From Catajapyx aquilonaris (lineage: Eukaryota): DNA of 64,000 bases. A model generated the notes under the pieces. It ran no database searches and was not told the DNA's origin. It worked only from the letters and a program-made list of their open reading frames with translations. The DNA is taken from contig KZ538310.1 of NCBI GenBank assembly GCA_000934665.2, positions 1 to 64,000 of the forward strand, given 5' to 3'. Made by a program: the position numbers and the translations under genes. Shown piece by piece: positions 36,951 through 48,849 of the stretch; the stretch's first letter is position 1, and each line of letters opens with the position of its first letter.

Positions 36951-39900
36951 GTACAGAAGTGTCGGCAGAAGGCGATCTTTCCTTCGTCATCTGGCCTCTG
37001 GCAGCTTTAATACCATGAGAAGAATGGAGAGACGCCTGGGAATGGTGCATGTTCTCAGAACACTAGCCGCTTTCGCTGTAGGGCTTCTTCTCAGCCCAGT
37101 CTTCCTAGTCATCTGTGTCGGTAATTGTCTCCCCCTTTTTTTGGCACGTTGCCCGCAATTTCAGTGAAATAGTGGCTTTCCTGGAATGTGTGTGGCATTG
37201 TTTAGCAATAATTATTAATGGATTGTTGCAGTGGCGCGACAGTGCCGGAAACTGTGGCATCGGGCCATTAAGTACAAGTTCCCTGACGTTGAGATTGTCG
37301 GAAACAGCACCATTCGAACTGCAATGGACACGCGGGTCAATCCTGGAATCATCACCCTGGTGCTGGATGTCAAAGGAACTTGCTCACGCGAGTTCGTCAA
37401 GGAGAGACTTACGGTGTGTATGGTGTTCAATAGAATAATTGCGTAACTTTTTGTGGTAGGGCGGGGGGGGGGGGGTTNGGGGGAGGGGGGGGGGGGGGGG
37501 GTTGTTGAAGCAATTTCTCATGCCCATCCTTGATTGTCTTGACTTTTGGCTGACTGATGTGTTGCTTACCTTCCAGGATGAGATATTGGAGAAAAGAACA
37601 GCGGAGGGCAAGCTGGCGTATCCGAACTTCAGAAAGGTTCTGGAAAAGAGATGGGGTGTTTGGGTCTGGGTCAAGTCCACTGATTTCAACCTGGATAAGC
37701 ACGTCACCCTTGCTAGTCATACCTACGGTGGGCGAGCAGTAAACGAGCAAAATATACAAGTAGGTTTATGACTTTCTGCAGGTATTGTTCGATTTAGTAT
37801 GACAGATTTCAGTAGAGAGTTTTCATTTTCAAAGAGGAGGTCTGTCGATTTTTATGTTTGAAAGAATTACCTTGTACGTTAATTTTAGTGTGTTGTTATA
37901 AGAACAAGCGCTTCCCAAGATCTTGATCATACATGCTTCCTAGTGTCTACTATAAAACCGCGAGAGCTTTGAAGTCCCCCTCTCCAGCGCTTCCTAGTTT
38001 CACCTTGGCAGAGTTCTGATGGTGTTGCCTGGATATGTTTTTCCGAAACGTTTTTCTTTTGACGAATAGTACTCTACACTATTGATAGCTCCAGTAAGCG
38101 CGTAATACGGTAGACTTAAAGAAATACAGCTTCACTGAACTTCTGCTTGGTGATACTAATAATCCATTTGGTCCTTATATTTATAGCTTCGTCTCCTTAT
38201 AAATACGTTTGTTAGTTCAATTCCTTAGCACATTCATGTTAATCAACAAATGCAGTCCACAAAAAACAGGAATAAGAAACCTTGATAAATATGTCATTTT
38301 GTTTATAACTTGCCAGCTTCAGAGGCGAAATAAACAAACTCGTCTGTTTCATTACACAAATGATTTTGAATTAAATTATAAAATCAATTAAAGCTATGTT
38401 TTCACAAATGTGACATATAGTTTTTAAAATGTACCACAACTACAGCTTGCGTGTCACAGGCATTTTCAAACAAATTAAATTGTAGATTAATTTTCTGTCA
38501 GGTTTGTACTCTGGGATCGTGTGCTCACAGAGTAGTCTACAGGCAGTATAGATGTGCCAAATTGATCCATACAATACTAATAAAATGTAAATGCACTTCT
38601 TCCACAGGACTACGTCAACAGTATTCTAAAGCACCCACTTCCTCAGAATATGCCAGCGTGGCAAGCAACTCTAGTACCTGTGGCTGGGCTGGGAGAACGA
38701 TTCTACCTGTTGTTGAGATTGCATCACTTAGTTGGGGAAGGCCTAGCCCTGCGTGAATTACTCAGCCAAACACTTCCAGATCCATGGTCACCCAACAGCT
38801 TGCATGAGAACAACACCAAGCAACCAACCATCAGGTGCCCCAAGGCTCTATTTAAGCTATATTCCATACTACAGAAGTCTCTGATTCGCTGGGTGGAAGA
38901 GCGCATCCACATTCTCGAGTCTGTTCAGGAAAGAATGGCAACTATTGACGGTTGTCATAATGCTGGAGAATGGATTGTGCTAGGTGCCATTACAATATTC
39001 CTGGCTGCAAAAGAATCTGGTCATTTTGCCAGTTCACGGGAGTGTTTACTCCCCACAAGACTTTGTTTAGCACCCCTGGTGATGGCTGTTGTTGTGTTTC
39101 CCGCTATGCTCCAAAAGCAGTCTAAGAAATCAAATCTGCAGGTGCGAGCATTCTGGAAACTCCTCAAGATATCTTTAACAAGAGCTTCTAATACAGTCAA
39201 TTTCGATATTTTGTGGAATCTGCTCCAACGTTTCTTATGGTACCTCATCTGTCTCACTTGGCACATGATTGTCCTGTGCTTTCATCTTCCTTTTGTGCTA
39301 TGGCGAGAGTCTCGCATATTCCGTTCCCGTTTGGACCCATGGTATGAACTGCTTCGATCATCAGCTGGAGAACTAATGGAAATCACCCGTGCCATCTTGG
39401 AGTGCCCACGCCTTCTGTTGCAAGAGTTGGTGGAACCTTACTCACCGCATCACCTCGGGAAGTTCAGGTCTCGAGGACATCACGTGGTGGCTTGGTCAGA
39501 GCCAGTCAGTCTTGAGCTCATTCGGTGTGTCCGCTCAGCCACAGGGGCAACTGTTGGAGAGATCACACTGGCTGCATGCGCCCGTGCACTTAGGGAATAC
39601 TACCGTCAACTAGGTCTTGCCATGCCAGACTCTGTACTGGCCACCATTCCAGTGCACGCCAAGCAATTCACTGAATTAACTGGAGACGCTGCCAGTGGCC
39701 TCATCACTGTTGCACTTCCTACAGATGTGGAAAACCCTGCACAATCTCTTCAGGTTAGCCTAAAGTTTCTACTTCACAGTGTCAGCTGATTTTTTTTTTA
39801 AACCAGAGGGGCAGTTCCTTCTCCACCATGTAGTAGTTTTGTAACCCCAGAAAATAGAAAATAGTAGCATCATTTACCTCAAGGTAAAAGTTAAATATTC

Positions 39901-40748
39901 AGGACTACCTGATCTAGTTCTTGATATGCATTCCAACAATACCCCCAGACAGAGCAGTATGCTACACAGAAATAGTAAAAAATAACACGAAACTTCATTT
40001 TTGAATGCTTGTCAGACCACACAGGATGTCACCTAGGTTCCATATAACCACACCTTCTGTCTAGGGATATCAACTTGCAGATCAAAATTCAGTAATTACA
40101 AACTTAAATAAAAATTGATGGCTTTAGATCTACTATAAATCCCTGATAATAATCATGTGCATCAAAATTAATTTTGCAGGAAGTGCGGAATCAGCTCTCT
40201 GCAACTAGGAGGCAGCCTACCAAATATCTCATCAGTGTGTGGCTCATGCGTCATGCCAGCCGCTTCCTACCATCTACCCTTGTACGTGTCACAATGGAGT
40301 ACCTGACTCGCAAGTACCCTGTAACTGTCACCAACATCAGCATCAAAGAGTGTCACATGGACCTGTGGGGTCTTCCAGTGGACACAATCTTGATGTGGAG
40401 ACCACCACAGGGAAACATAGGTATGCTTTCAAAAAAATGAATGGGTCACTTCTAGGTCATACAAAGAAAACTGACTCCTGTGCTATTCTTTCCACAGCCC
40501 TTTCCCTTTCAGTTGTGACCTATGGTGACACAGTTCGCCTGGGCGTGATGGCAGACCTTCGACTGGCTCCCTATCACAGCAACGTGACTACCAACTTCAA
40601 ACGACACTTGCTTGAATTGGCAGCAGTGGCAGGCGTACCTAGAGAAAGGCTTGGTTCACGATCCAATCGACCATCTCCTATGACCACTCCAAAAGTAACT
40701 CCACCAGCTAGCCCTGGACCACAACGACTCTCTTTTAAGTTTCCATAA
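36951..40748 (+). CDS. WS/DGAT-like O-acyltransferase (condensation fold plus WS_DGAT C-terminal-like region), >=702 aa, with an N-terminal hydrophobic helix
   Basis: Phase-consistent GT-AG exons 36951-37120 (in-frame ATG 37015), 37232-37413, 37577-37759, 38608-39753, 40180-40420, 40498-40748 (TAA). Motifs: FNLDKHV, PLPQNMPAWQ, LLLRLHHLVGEG (HHxxxDG-like), GATVGEITLAACARALREYY, VTVTNI, ALSLSVVTYGDTVRLGVMAD. Confidence 0.8.
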
Positions 40749-43273
40749 ATGTGGTAAAATCCTGGTATCAGTGTGCCAGATGGGCCGTTCAGTGTCCAAG
40801 CTAGAGGTTTTCCTGCAATATTTCCAATTTAATGCAAATTTCCCAGTGCACAAAATATTTTCCACAGCCAGGGATCTGCATAGTATTTTAGAGTTCAACC
40901 ATTGTATTTTTGTACAAAATTACCTAGCAACATATTGTTGCATTGTGAACTATGTACAGTGTAAATCTATATATTTATTAAAAACATAAAAAAGAATGAT
41001 CACCCATAATATTCATTTTCATTGCTCCATGTTGGAAACCTATTGGGTAATGCACCTGATGCACATTATGTAGTGTGGATGCCGTATGCAGTGTATAAGA
41101 AAAGTTTCCAAGATGATAAAATATGACCAGCTACATACAACTGTTCCTTGCTTTAAATCAATAACTTAATTACGCTTAACTTAATACTTACATATTATTT
41201 TGCACACTTTTCCCCAAACTATGGCCAAAGAATCTCCATGAAGTCCTCCACGCATCTGATGTCACAAATGCAACTATCCTTCATCAGTGACATTTAGCAA
41301 CTAGCAAATCATAAAAATAAAGGATAAAATCATTTTAGACTTGCCTACCAATTGATTAATGCAATGCCAGTGGTTGTATAGTAACACAGGATATTCTTGG
41401 TTGCTGATAGACACACGTACAGCTGCTTCCAAAAACCAGATAAGTGCATCAATTTGTGCAGTGCATATTTTTAGGCATAGAATCTGCATCAAGTAATTTG
41501 TGAGGAAAATTATTTGTAATACCCCTTTTGTTTTTGCGCTTCAAGAAAACCTTGGTGAAAACAGGGAATTGTAAAACATGTTCACAAGAAAGAAACCTTT
41601 ATTGGCTGCACATTAAGAAATATTTGTGAATGAAGGTAAAGAAGTTAGTTGAGCTACAGAAATCGCTCCATTTTGTCACAGATGACATTGGGCAGTGTTG
41701 CAAAATTCTTCAGCATATGAACCCAGTCTTTCTTTCATTGCACCTAGTGACATTCAACATTACTGGTACCAAAACATAATAATTAATAATAATATATTTA
41801 CTGTATGTAAAGTGATTAAAATAAGGCTTCTCAGTTTCACATCATGATAAATGCAGAACGTACTTTGCACTCAGAGAACCAAGAGTACTACTAAAAGAAA
41901 TGAGTGTGGGAACAGTGTCACAGAGTTCTTTGAAAAAGAGGCTGGGCAATATCACTCATTTTAAACTGTTGAAAGACTCACCATTGCAACTCACTCATGC
42001 TACAAACACTGAATTGCACATTAACTGCCTTTCACACTGTCTCAGAAGAAGGCACCTGCACAGTGAGTCATTTCACCTCCAACAAGAACATTGCATGGCA
42101 TCAGTTACAGCATCAGTTAGTAAATGTCATGCAGAAATTGCACATTGAGTTTTCAAGTGACTGAAGAGTTGCTAAAACTGTCACCCATCACTCCCTAGCA
42201 GTGGAGCTATCATTATGGTGGAAAGAAGGGGGTTTTAATTTTCCCTTCCATCTTGCTGACTCAACCATATTTGATACAAAATCATTTTGGCCATCCCATG
42301 ACCCCTTCCACCCTAATTCCTGCTAAAACTTTGAATAGACTAGAATGTGAGAGTACAGAGTTGCACCAGCTTCACTGTTCCACACTTGATGGGCTGAAAC
42401 ATCTCATTGAAATAACAATATTGTAAATGTGCTAAAAAATGAGGCACACTGAAAAGCTGACAAACTTGATAAAACAAATATAATTATGACAGTTATCATA
42501 AAAACAATTGGTCATAAAGTGACATAAATGTAACTATTCATAGTTGGTGCTCTTGCACCAAACGTTTGTAGATGACTCCATGTTGGATTGAATTCTTTCA
42601 TAGCTTGGACCTAAGATACAGCAGCTTTTGGTAAGAATAAAGTTGATGATGTGAGACATGCAATCATACATAAACTGTCCTACTGCAGAAGGAGTTCCCT
42701 GTTCCTATAGCCATTCTTGCAGCTGACATCATCCTTCCACTTTCACTAAAACCAATTAGATCCCAAAGTAACGGGTGTCACTCTCTTCAAGCTTTATAAA
42801 GCGTGGGAGTTGAGGATGCTAGCTGACAGAAAGACTTTTAGGCCTCTATACATAATGAATGTATAAATCTCTAGATGGAGTAACCCTGGGCTGAGAGCAA
42901 GTCAGGGTTAACTCCAGGGTTGAGTTGGATCTGTATACAGTATATAACAAAAAACAAACATGGGTTTACTTAACTCTGACTTTCGAACAGTATCTCGTTT
43001 TTGCCAGGAAGAATGGCATCCTACACCTTTGTGTGGTGTCCCTGTCCCTCAGACTCATTGCTACAAGCCTGTATCATACCTTGTTACCCAGCCTCAATCT
43101 CATCTGTGAGTTCTAAAACCCTTCTTCCAACTCAACTCTGCCTGCAACTTTAGAATGTGCTTAATGCTGACTGGTAGAGTCAAGACTGCTCCCCAACCAG
43201 GATTGACTCAAGATCTAACTTGATCCCACAACTTGAGGTTGAATTGCCACTATAAGTAGGCTATACAAACTGG

Positions 43274-43339
43274 GAGGGTTGAATCCACTTGAGGTGGGGC
43301 AGGGCACCCCCTGCCCCACCTCAAGTTGATTCAACCCTC
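43274..43339. repeat. Short GC-rich palindrome
   Basis: GAGGGTTGAATCCACTTGAGGTGGGGCAGGG-CACC-CCCTGCCCCACCTCAAGTTGATTCAACCCTC. Confidence 0.88.
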
Positions 43340-45180
43340 ACTCTATGATAGAAAATCCATTATGTATACAGGTCATAAAGGTGTATCCGAACTCCCTACA
43401 ATAGAGGAGTTTCATGCTGCATACTATAGAATGCAGGATTAATTAAAATCTGCAATGACAAATGCAATTACCTCCGCATATCTACAGAGTCCTTCTTTCA
43501 CAAATAAGTAACACACAACCGTATCACATAAAAACACAAAAGTAGCATTTTCTGAGATATTATTATTGTTTATTCATGTTATAATCAGACATGACCAACC
43601 TAGGCAGTGCTGCTTACTACTACTCATAAACATCCTAACTGAATTGCTTGATAGATTGCAGATAATATTTTTTGTCACTCCAGTCTTTAATTATTCAAAC
43701 TGCATATACAGTACATACAGTCCCAAGCATATAGTTGGACACACTGCAGGCCTTCTCTGACCTTCCTTATCCGACTCAAATTAATTGACTTTTTTTGGAC
43801 CGAGTTAGCTGCTTTAGGCGTGTGTTTGTGTATTTATAACCATATACAGTATTTGATATTGTAATGGCGGGGATTGGCAGAGCACCCTGCCGCCTCCAAC
43901 TTTATGCTCTCGGGACTGTACATCGAACTCCTTCACACATACTTCTTTTTAAAAGACAGATCCTTCTGCCTAAGACAGTTGGCTTCAAAAATTTCATGGA
44001 ACTCATAGCAAGCATACTGCATTTACTTTTTTGCAAATCAGGAGACAAGGTGCATTTAAAGAGATCAGTAGCGATGTGACTATTTCAAACTGCCAAAATA
44101 TATAATGTATAGAAATGTTTATATTGGCATAAATTGTTAAAAAATAATTCATACTCATTTTCAAAATACAATGTAAATTCTTCCATTGTGAAAATATTGT
44201 GTAATGAGCATAAAAATAGTTTTGCATGAAATATCTCACGGATGCCTGATTAAGATGTCATGAATAAGTCAAGTACAGCGTTCCCCTTCAGAACCAATAT
44301 TGATTCATTAAACTTGGATAAATATAGAAATTGCACATTCACTGAGATTGTACTGTAGAAATTGGCAATAACCTTCAAAAATCATGTTTTCAATGCATTG
44401 TTACACCAAACCATGTTTGAATTATAACTATGGGAAATATCATACTCCTGCCACCTTCATTTCACATTACATTTCCAACAGGGGTATGAAGGCCATTTAA
44501 AAGAATAATAACACTAACTTGTGAACTGGATGTATGAACATGAGTTAAGGATAACTATGGAGTTAGCTCTTGTTTACATAATTATAGACTAATTCAAGAG
44601 TTAACCTTAACTTATGGTCATGCAATCAGCCCTAAGCAAAAAAAAAATAAAAATCGTGCAATTCTTTCTGGGCAAGTCCTAGGAGCTGTAGTTATTGGTG
44701 TTTGGGTATGACAATGTTAAAAAGCTGTATAACAGCAGGTCATTTTTGATTCCTTGCAAAATTCGTCTCCAAGACACCTGCTGTGATTTTTTTAGAAAGT
44801 TGGTATCATCTGATAACATACAAACATATGGACAATTTTTCAGAAAAAAGTACAATGATGAGCTCACAACTCCACACTCATTCTCACAGACAGGGGTTTA
44901 AAAAGACACATTGCTGAAAGCCATTGCCTTTGTAATTTGGCAACTAGTAATGAAGACGTGCTATTATTGCTTTCTGAACCATCCCAAAAGCTTCGGTAGG
45001 GATGGAATCCTGGATGAAATAATGATGTGAACACTCAATCCCATATTTACTCAAGTACCCCTAAAAAATAAGATGGGGAGTAAAAATGGTCAGTTTCATA
45101 TCATGGATAAAACACATGGGAGAAGGCTGACATATGTAAGTTACCATTGTACTAACAAGGGTGTGTGTCTATGTGATCAG

Positions 45181-45550
45181 GTCTTGACTAAGGTCTGGGG
45201 ACGGAAGTCTGTGGTTTTACTGTAGCTGTGGGGACCAGTTCCAATTGTGGGGACATTTGTCGGTCCCCACAGTCTCACACACGCGAAGTGTACCATTACA
45301 GTGGGGACATGTGTAAATTAGTGGGGACATGTCCCCACTATTTTCATTTGTAGGGTTTCACAAAAGTCCATTTTTCTCAGCCTAGGTTACTTAGGGTACG
45401 GTAGGTTGGGTAGGGTAGGTTAGGTAGGGTAGGTTAGGTAGGGTAGGTTAGGTTAGGTTAGGTTAGGTTAGGTCAGGTTAGGTTAGGTTAGATCAGTTTA
45501 CACTCGCAGTGAAAAGTGATCAATGTCCGTCCCCACGCCTTAGTCAAGAC
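45181..45550. mobile_element. TIR element flanked by (TG)n, with GTGGGGAC repeats and an internal (TTAGG)n tract
   Basis: TIR GTCTTGACTAAGG..TGGGGACGGA / TCCGTCCCCAC.CCTTAGTCAAGAC; at least 6 GGGGAC motifs in both orientations; TTAGG/GTAGG tract ~45383-45491. Confidence 0.75.
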
Positions 45551-45576
45551 AAGAGTGTGTGTGTGTGGTCAGACAT

Positions 45577-45835
45577 TGCTATCCTTGTGAGGATATTTTT
45601 CGCATGTTTCCTATCCTTGTGAGGACCGAAAACCTTACGAGGACTTTTTTCAGGCCCTCATAACGTACACAGTCCTCACAAGGATGGCGGAAAATCAAAC
45701 CAAGACCTCCTTTTTACTGTGAAAAAATAGGTCACCAAAATTTCGTGTGTATTTTGTAGGTTAGGTTAGGTTAGGTTAGGTTAGGTTAGGTTAGTTTTAA
45801 ATTTTTATTTTTGCCAGACCCTCACAAGGATAGCA
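45577..45835. mobile_element. Second TIR element flanked by (TG)n with internal (TTAGG)6
   Basis: TIR TGCTATCCTTGTGAGG / CCTCACAAGGATAGCA, internal repeats of CCTTGTGAGGA, and a perfect TTAGG tract at 45757-45794. Confidence 0.75.
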
Positions 45836-48800
45836 CTTTATAACATGTGTGTGGGTGTATGTGTATGTTTCTGAAACTTTTAAATAACCACGCAAAATTG
45901 TGTGAGCCATCCACACAAAGGTCCATCCTTCAAAATTCTTTGCTTGCAACTCTCATTTCAAACAATTTTTTGACTAGGGTTGTTCCATCACTCAAGTTAG
46001 TCAGTGTTTGTGGGTCATAAAGATACTAATATACCATATCCTCAAAAAGAAATTTAACCTTTGGACTCAACTGGATTGCAGCTTGGTCAATAAAAAGTCG
46101 ATTCAACTTTCATTCACTGTAGGTAAGCCTCACAGCACCCTAGAAGGTACAATATTTTGGCCATGGAAACTATGGCTGGAAACACCACATGTGATTTGAA
46201 TTAGGACTACTGAGCATCATGTCCTGGGTGCTATCACTACATGATCAGGTTGCACTTCTGTCAACTACATTCAAAAATTCACAAGATAAAGGATAATATG
46301 ATAGACAGCACCCAGACATTTATTCACTTGGTACAATACAATTTCTGCATTCTCAGGTGATTGTTTAATTGTGAAGACTATGCTGTATACTTACACTGAC
46401 CTTCTTGAAACACTGTTGGTTTTGTGTTTATTTAATCTACAACCTGCAAACAACAGATCCCAGAATTTCACTTTTGCTTTTCCCTGTGCATTGCCAATCC
46501 TATCTGCTCTTTCCAATCTACCCCATCCCATGTCATTAAGGAGCTCCACAAGGGTCACCAAGTCTAACTGCCAGTTGGAGAAATAGTCATGTCAAAAAAA
46601 ATTTTTTACATAGGTCGGAATTTACCCATGTCACAGCTATGTAAGTTGGGAACTGACTACATTTCAATAGAGCTTTCCTTCATCAGCTCCAAATAAAAAT
46701 AAAATAAAATACTGTAATTCAGTTCCCAATGGCCATACTTGTGTAAGCTTTTAAAGTTGCGTTAGCTTACACACGATAGAAGAGCAACATATAGAACTGA
46801 TATACTTCAAGCTCTCCAATGGCACAGGACAGGTCATGAGAATGGTAAACTTTCAGTGATGGCATGTGTTCATTAATGCAATTACTGTAACAGTTCTCCT
46901 GATTTGTACTCAACTTCACATTTGGGTTCCAGCAATTTTTGGATGTCAAAGAATAAATTTAAAAACATAAATATACCACACTGCTTGGGAGAATGCTATG
47001 GGGGGAGAAAACAATGCCGTAAGTGTGGCACTGGCAAGTGCAGCCTAGTGGCATGAAGTAGCCAAATGTTAAATCCTCATACTTTAGCCCCAAGTGAGTG
47101 TCAAATGGTTGGGGTCGCTTCTAAAAGTACAGAATACTTGACTACAGCATGCCATTGACACTTCAGCTTGGCATAGACTGTGACTGAGCATACGAGTTTG
47201 TCAACCTTTGTCATAAAGAATTCATCCAGGATGGACATGGTTTGGTTTCTTACATGTGATGAAAACTTTTCTGTTTAAATACTTGCTATACTTCACCCCA
47301 CTGGGTCAGTCATAGTTATGATGACCTGCATGCTGTACTACTTTGAAGAAGCATGCAGAAATGAAGAAAAAGGAGCTCAAAAATTACTTGCTGACCACAA
47401 AAGTTTGCTACATCCCACATTTATTTGACTGCCTAGGAAAAGTTCTCTGCACAACTGATATGCTTCAAGAACAAAATATTTGCCAGAAATGTGAACACTT
47501 TTTGGATGAAAAAGGTTTATACGAAATGTTTAACAAGTATACCATATGACCAAGATTGTGCAGGTAAGTATTGCCTATGCAGAGACTGCATTCCCAACTG
47601 CCTCTCAAGTTGATTCACTAATTATAGTAACAGGAATGTGCATCGACTGTAACATTATATAATACTGTTGTAACAAAAATGAAGACATATACTTTTTGTG
47701 CTAAACATGAGTTAATCAGTAGAATGAAACTAATGCACTGAATTAATTGAAGTAAAATTATGCCTGCACTACTTTTATTGATACCATGGTGCTCAATCTT
47801 CTCTCTCATACACATACATGTAAAATGATGACAACTGGGGAACCACACCCTAACACTGGAATAAACAGTCCCTTACTACAGGTACTCATGCTGCATTGTG
47901 CATAATCCACTCTGAAAGACTTGGAAGATATTGGAGGCGTAGTCCGCAAACGAATGCACCTCTGCGGCTTGCACCAGAGAGATATTTCCTATCACACACC
48001 ACTGTTTCTGACAAAGGTGTATGTAGGAATGAGATGCCTCTACCTTCTCCAACCTTCCAGATTGCAGCAACAATTTTCAGGTAGCACAGAATTGAGCCAT
48101 TCACTCTGTACTCACCCTATGACCCAAAGTCTTGGGTTCACAATAGTGCCTTGACATCAGTCAGTCTACAAAATTAATTCAGTGCAAGTTTCATCAAATT
48201 GTGCCGGTACAAGCCTCCTCATCTTAAAACAACTCACATGTTTTAACATATCACACATATTACAATAAGAAGCAAAAAAGTATTCTCAGAGAAAAATAGC
48301 ATTCCTTTTCACTAGCAAAGCTGGTTGTTTTTTTGCTTATTTGTTTCGTTTGTGTTCTATTGCCAAAGTTTAAAAAAATCTAGACTGTCTCGTCACAAAC
48401 TTTTAAGGTAAAACTTGCAACTGTGCAGACTAGTGCATGAAGAATGTATGATACATTGACATTTTAGTACCACTAAATTCTCAAGGTTACTTCTTATTTC
48501 TAGTTTGAGCATCATTACTTCCCACAACGTCTTTTATTACTGCTAGACTTCAACAAAAAAAATATGTGTTGTAATATATTTTGTATGCTGCACATATTTA
48601 TATATATTTTTACAAAGTCTATGATTATTGTTGGATTTCTCCATGTCACTTTCTCTGTGTGGCCTGACCAGTCACCAGAGGGTTAATTGTATCGGTCAAA
48701 CGAGATGGCCAGATGCATATGTCTGGTCATCATGGCCACCCCTTAATGTGATCAAGGCCGTGAAGAATACAGTACAGTACAATACAGTACTTTGGGACAG

Positions 48801-48849
48801 TACTCCATGTGTAGCTCCTAAATATTAATTCCCTCTTATTTTCTTAAAT

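Noticed and set aside
36951..40748. Bacterial contamination or recent HGT of the acyltransferase
   Set aside because: It has five or more canonical spliceosomal introns, host-like composition, and is contiguous with arthropod genes.
45383..45794. True telomere or chromosome-fusion scar
   Set aside because: The tracts are short, in the same orientation, and enclosed within TIR elements between two genes.
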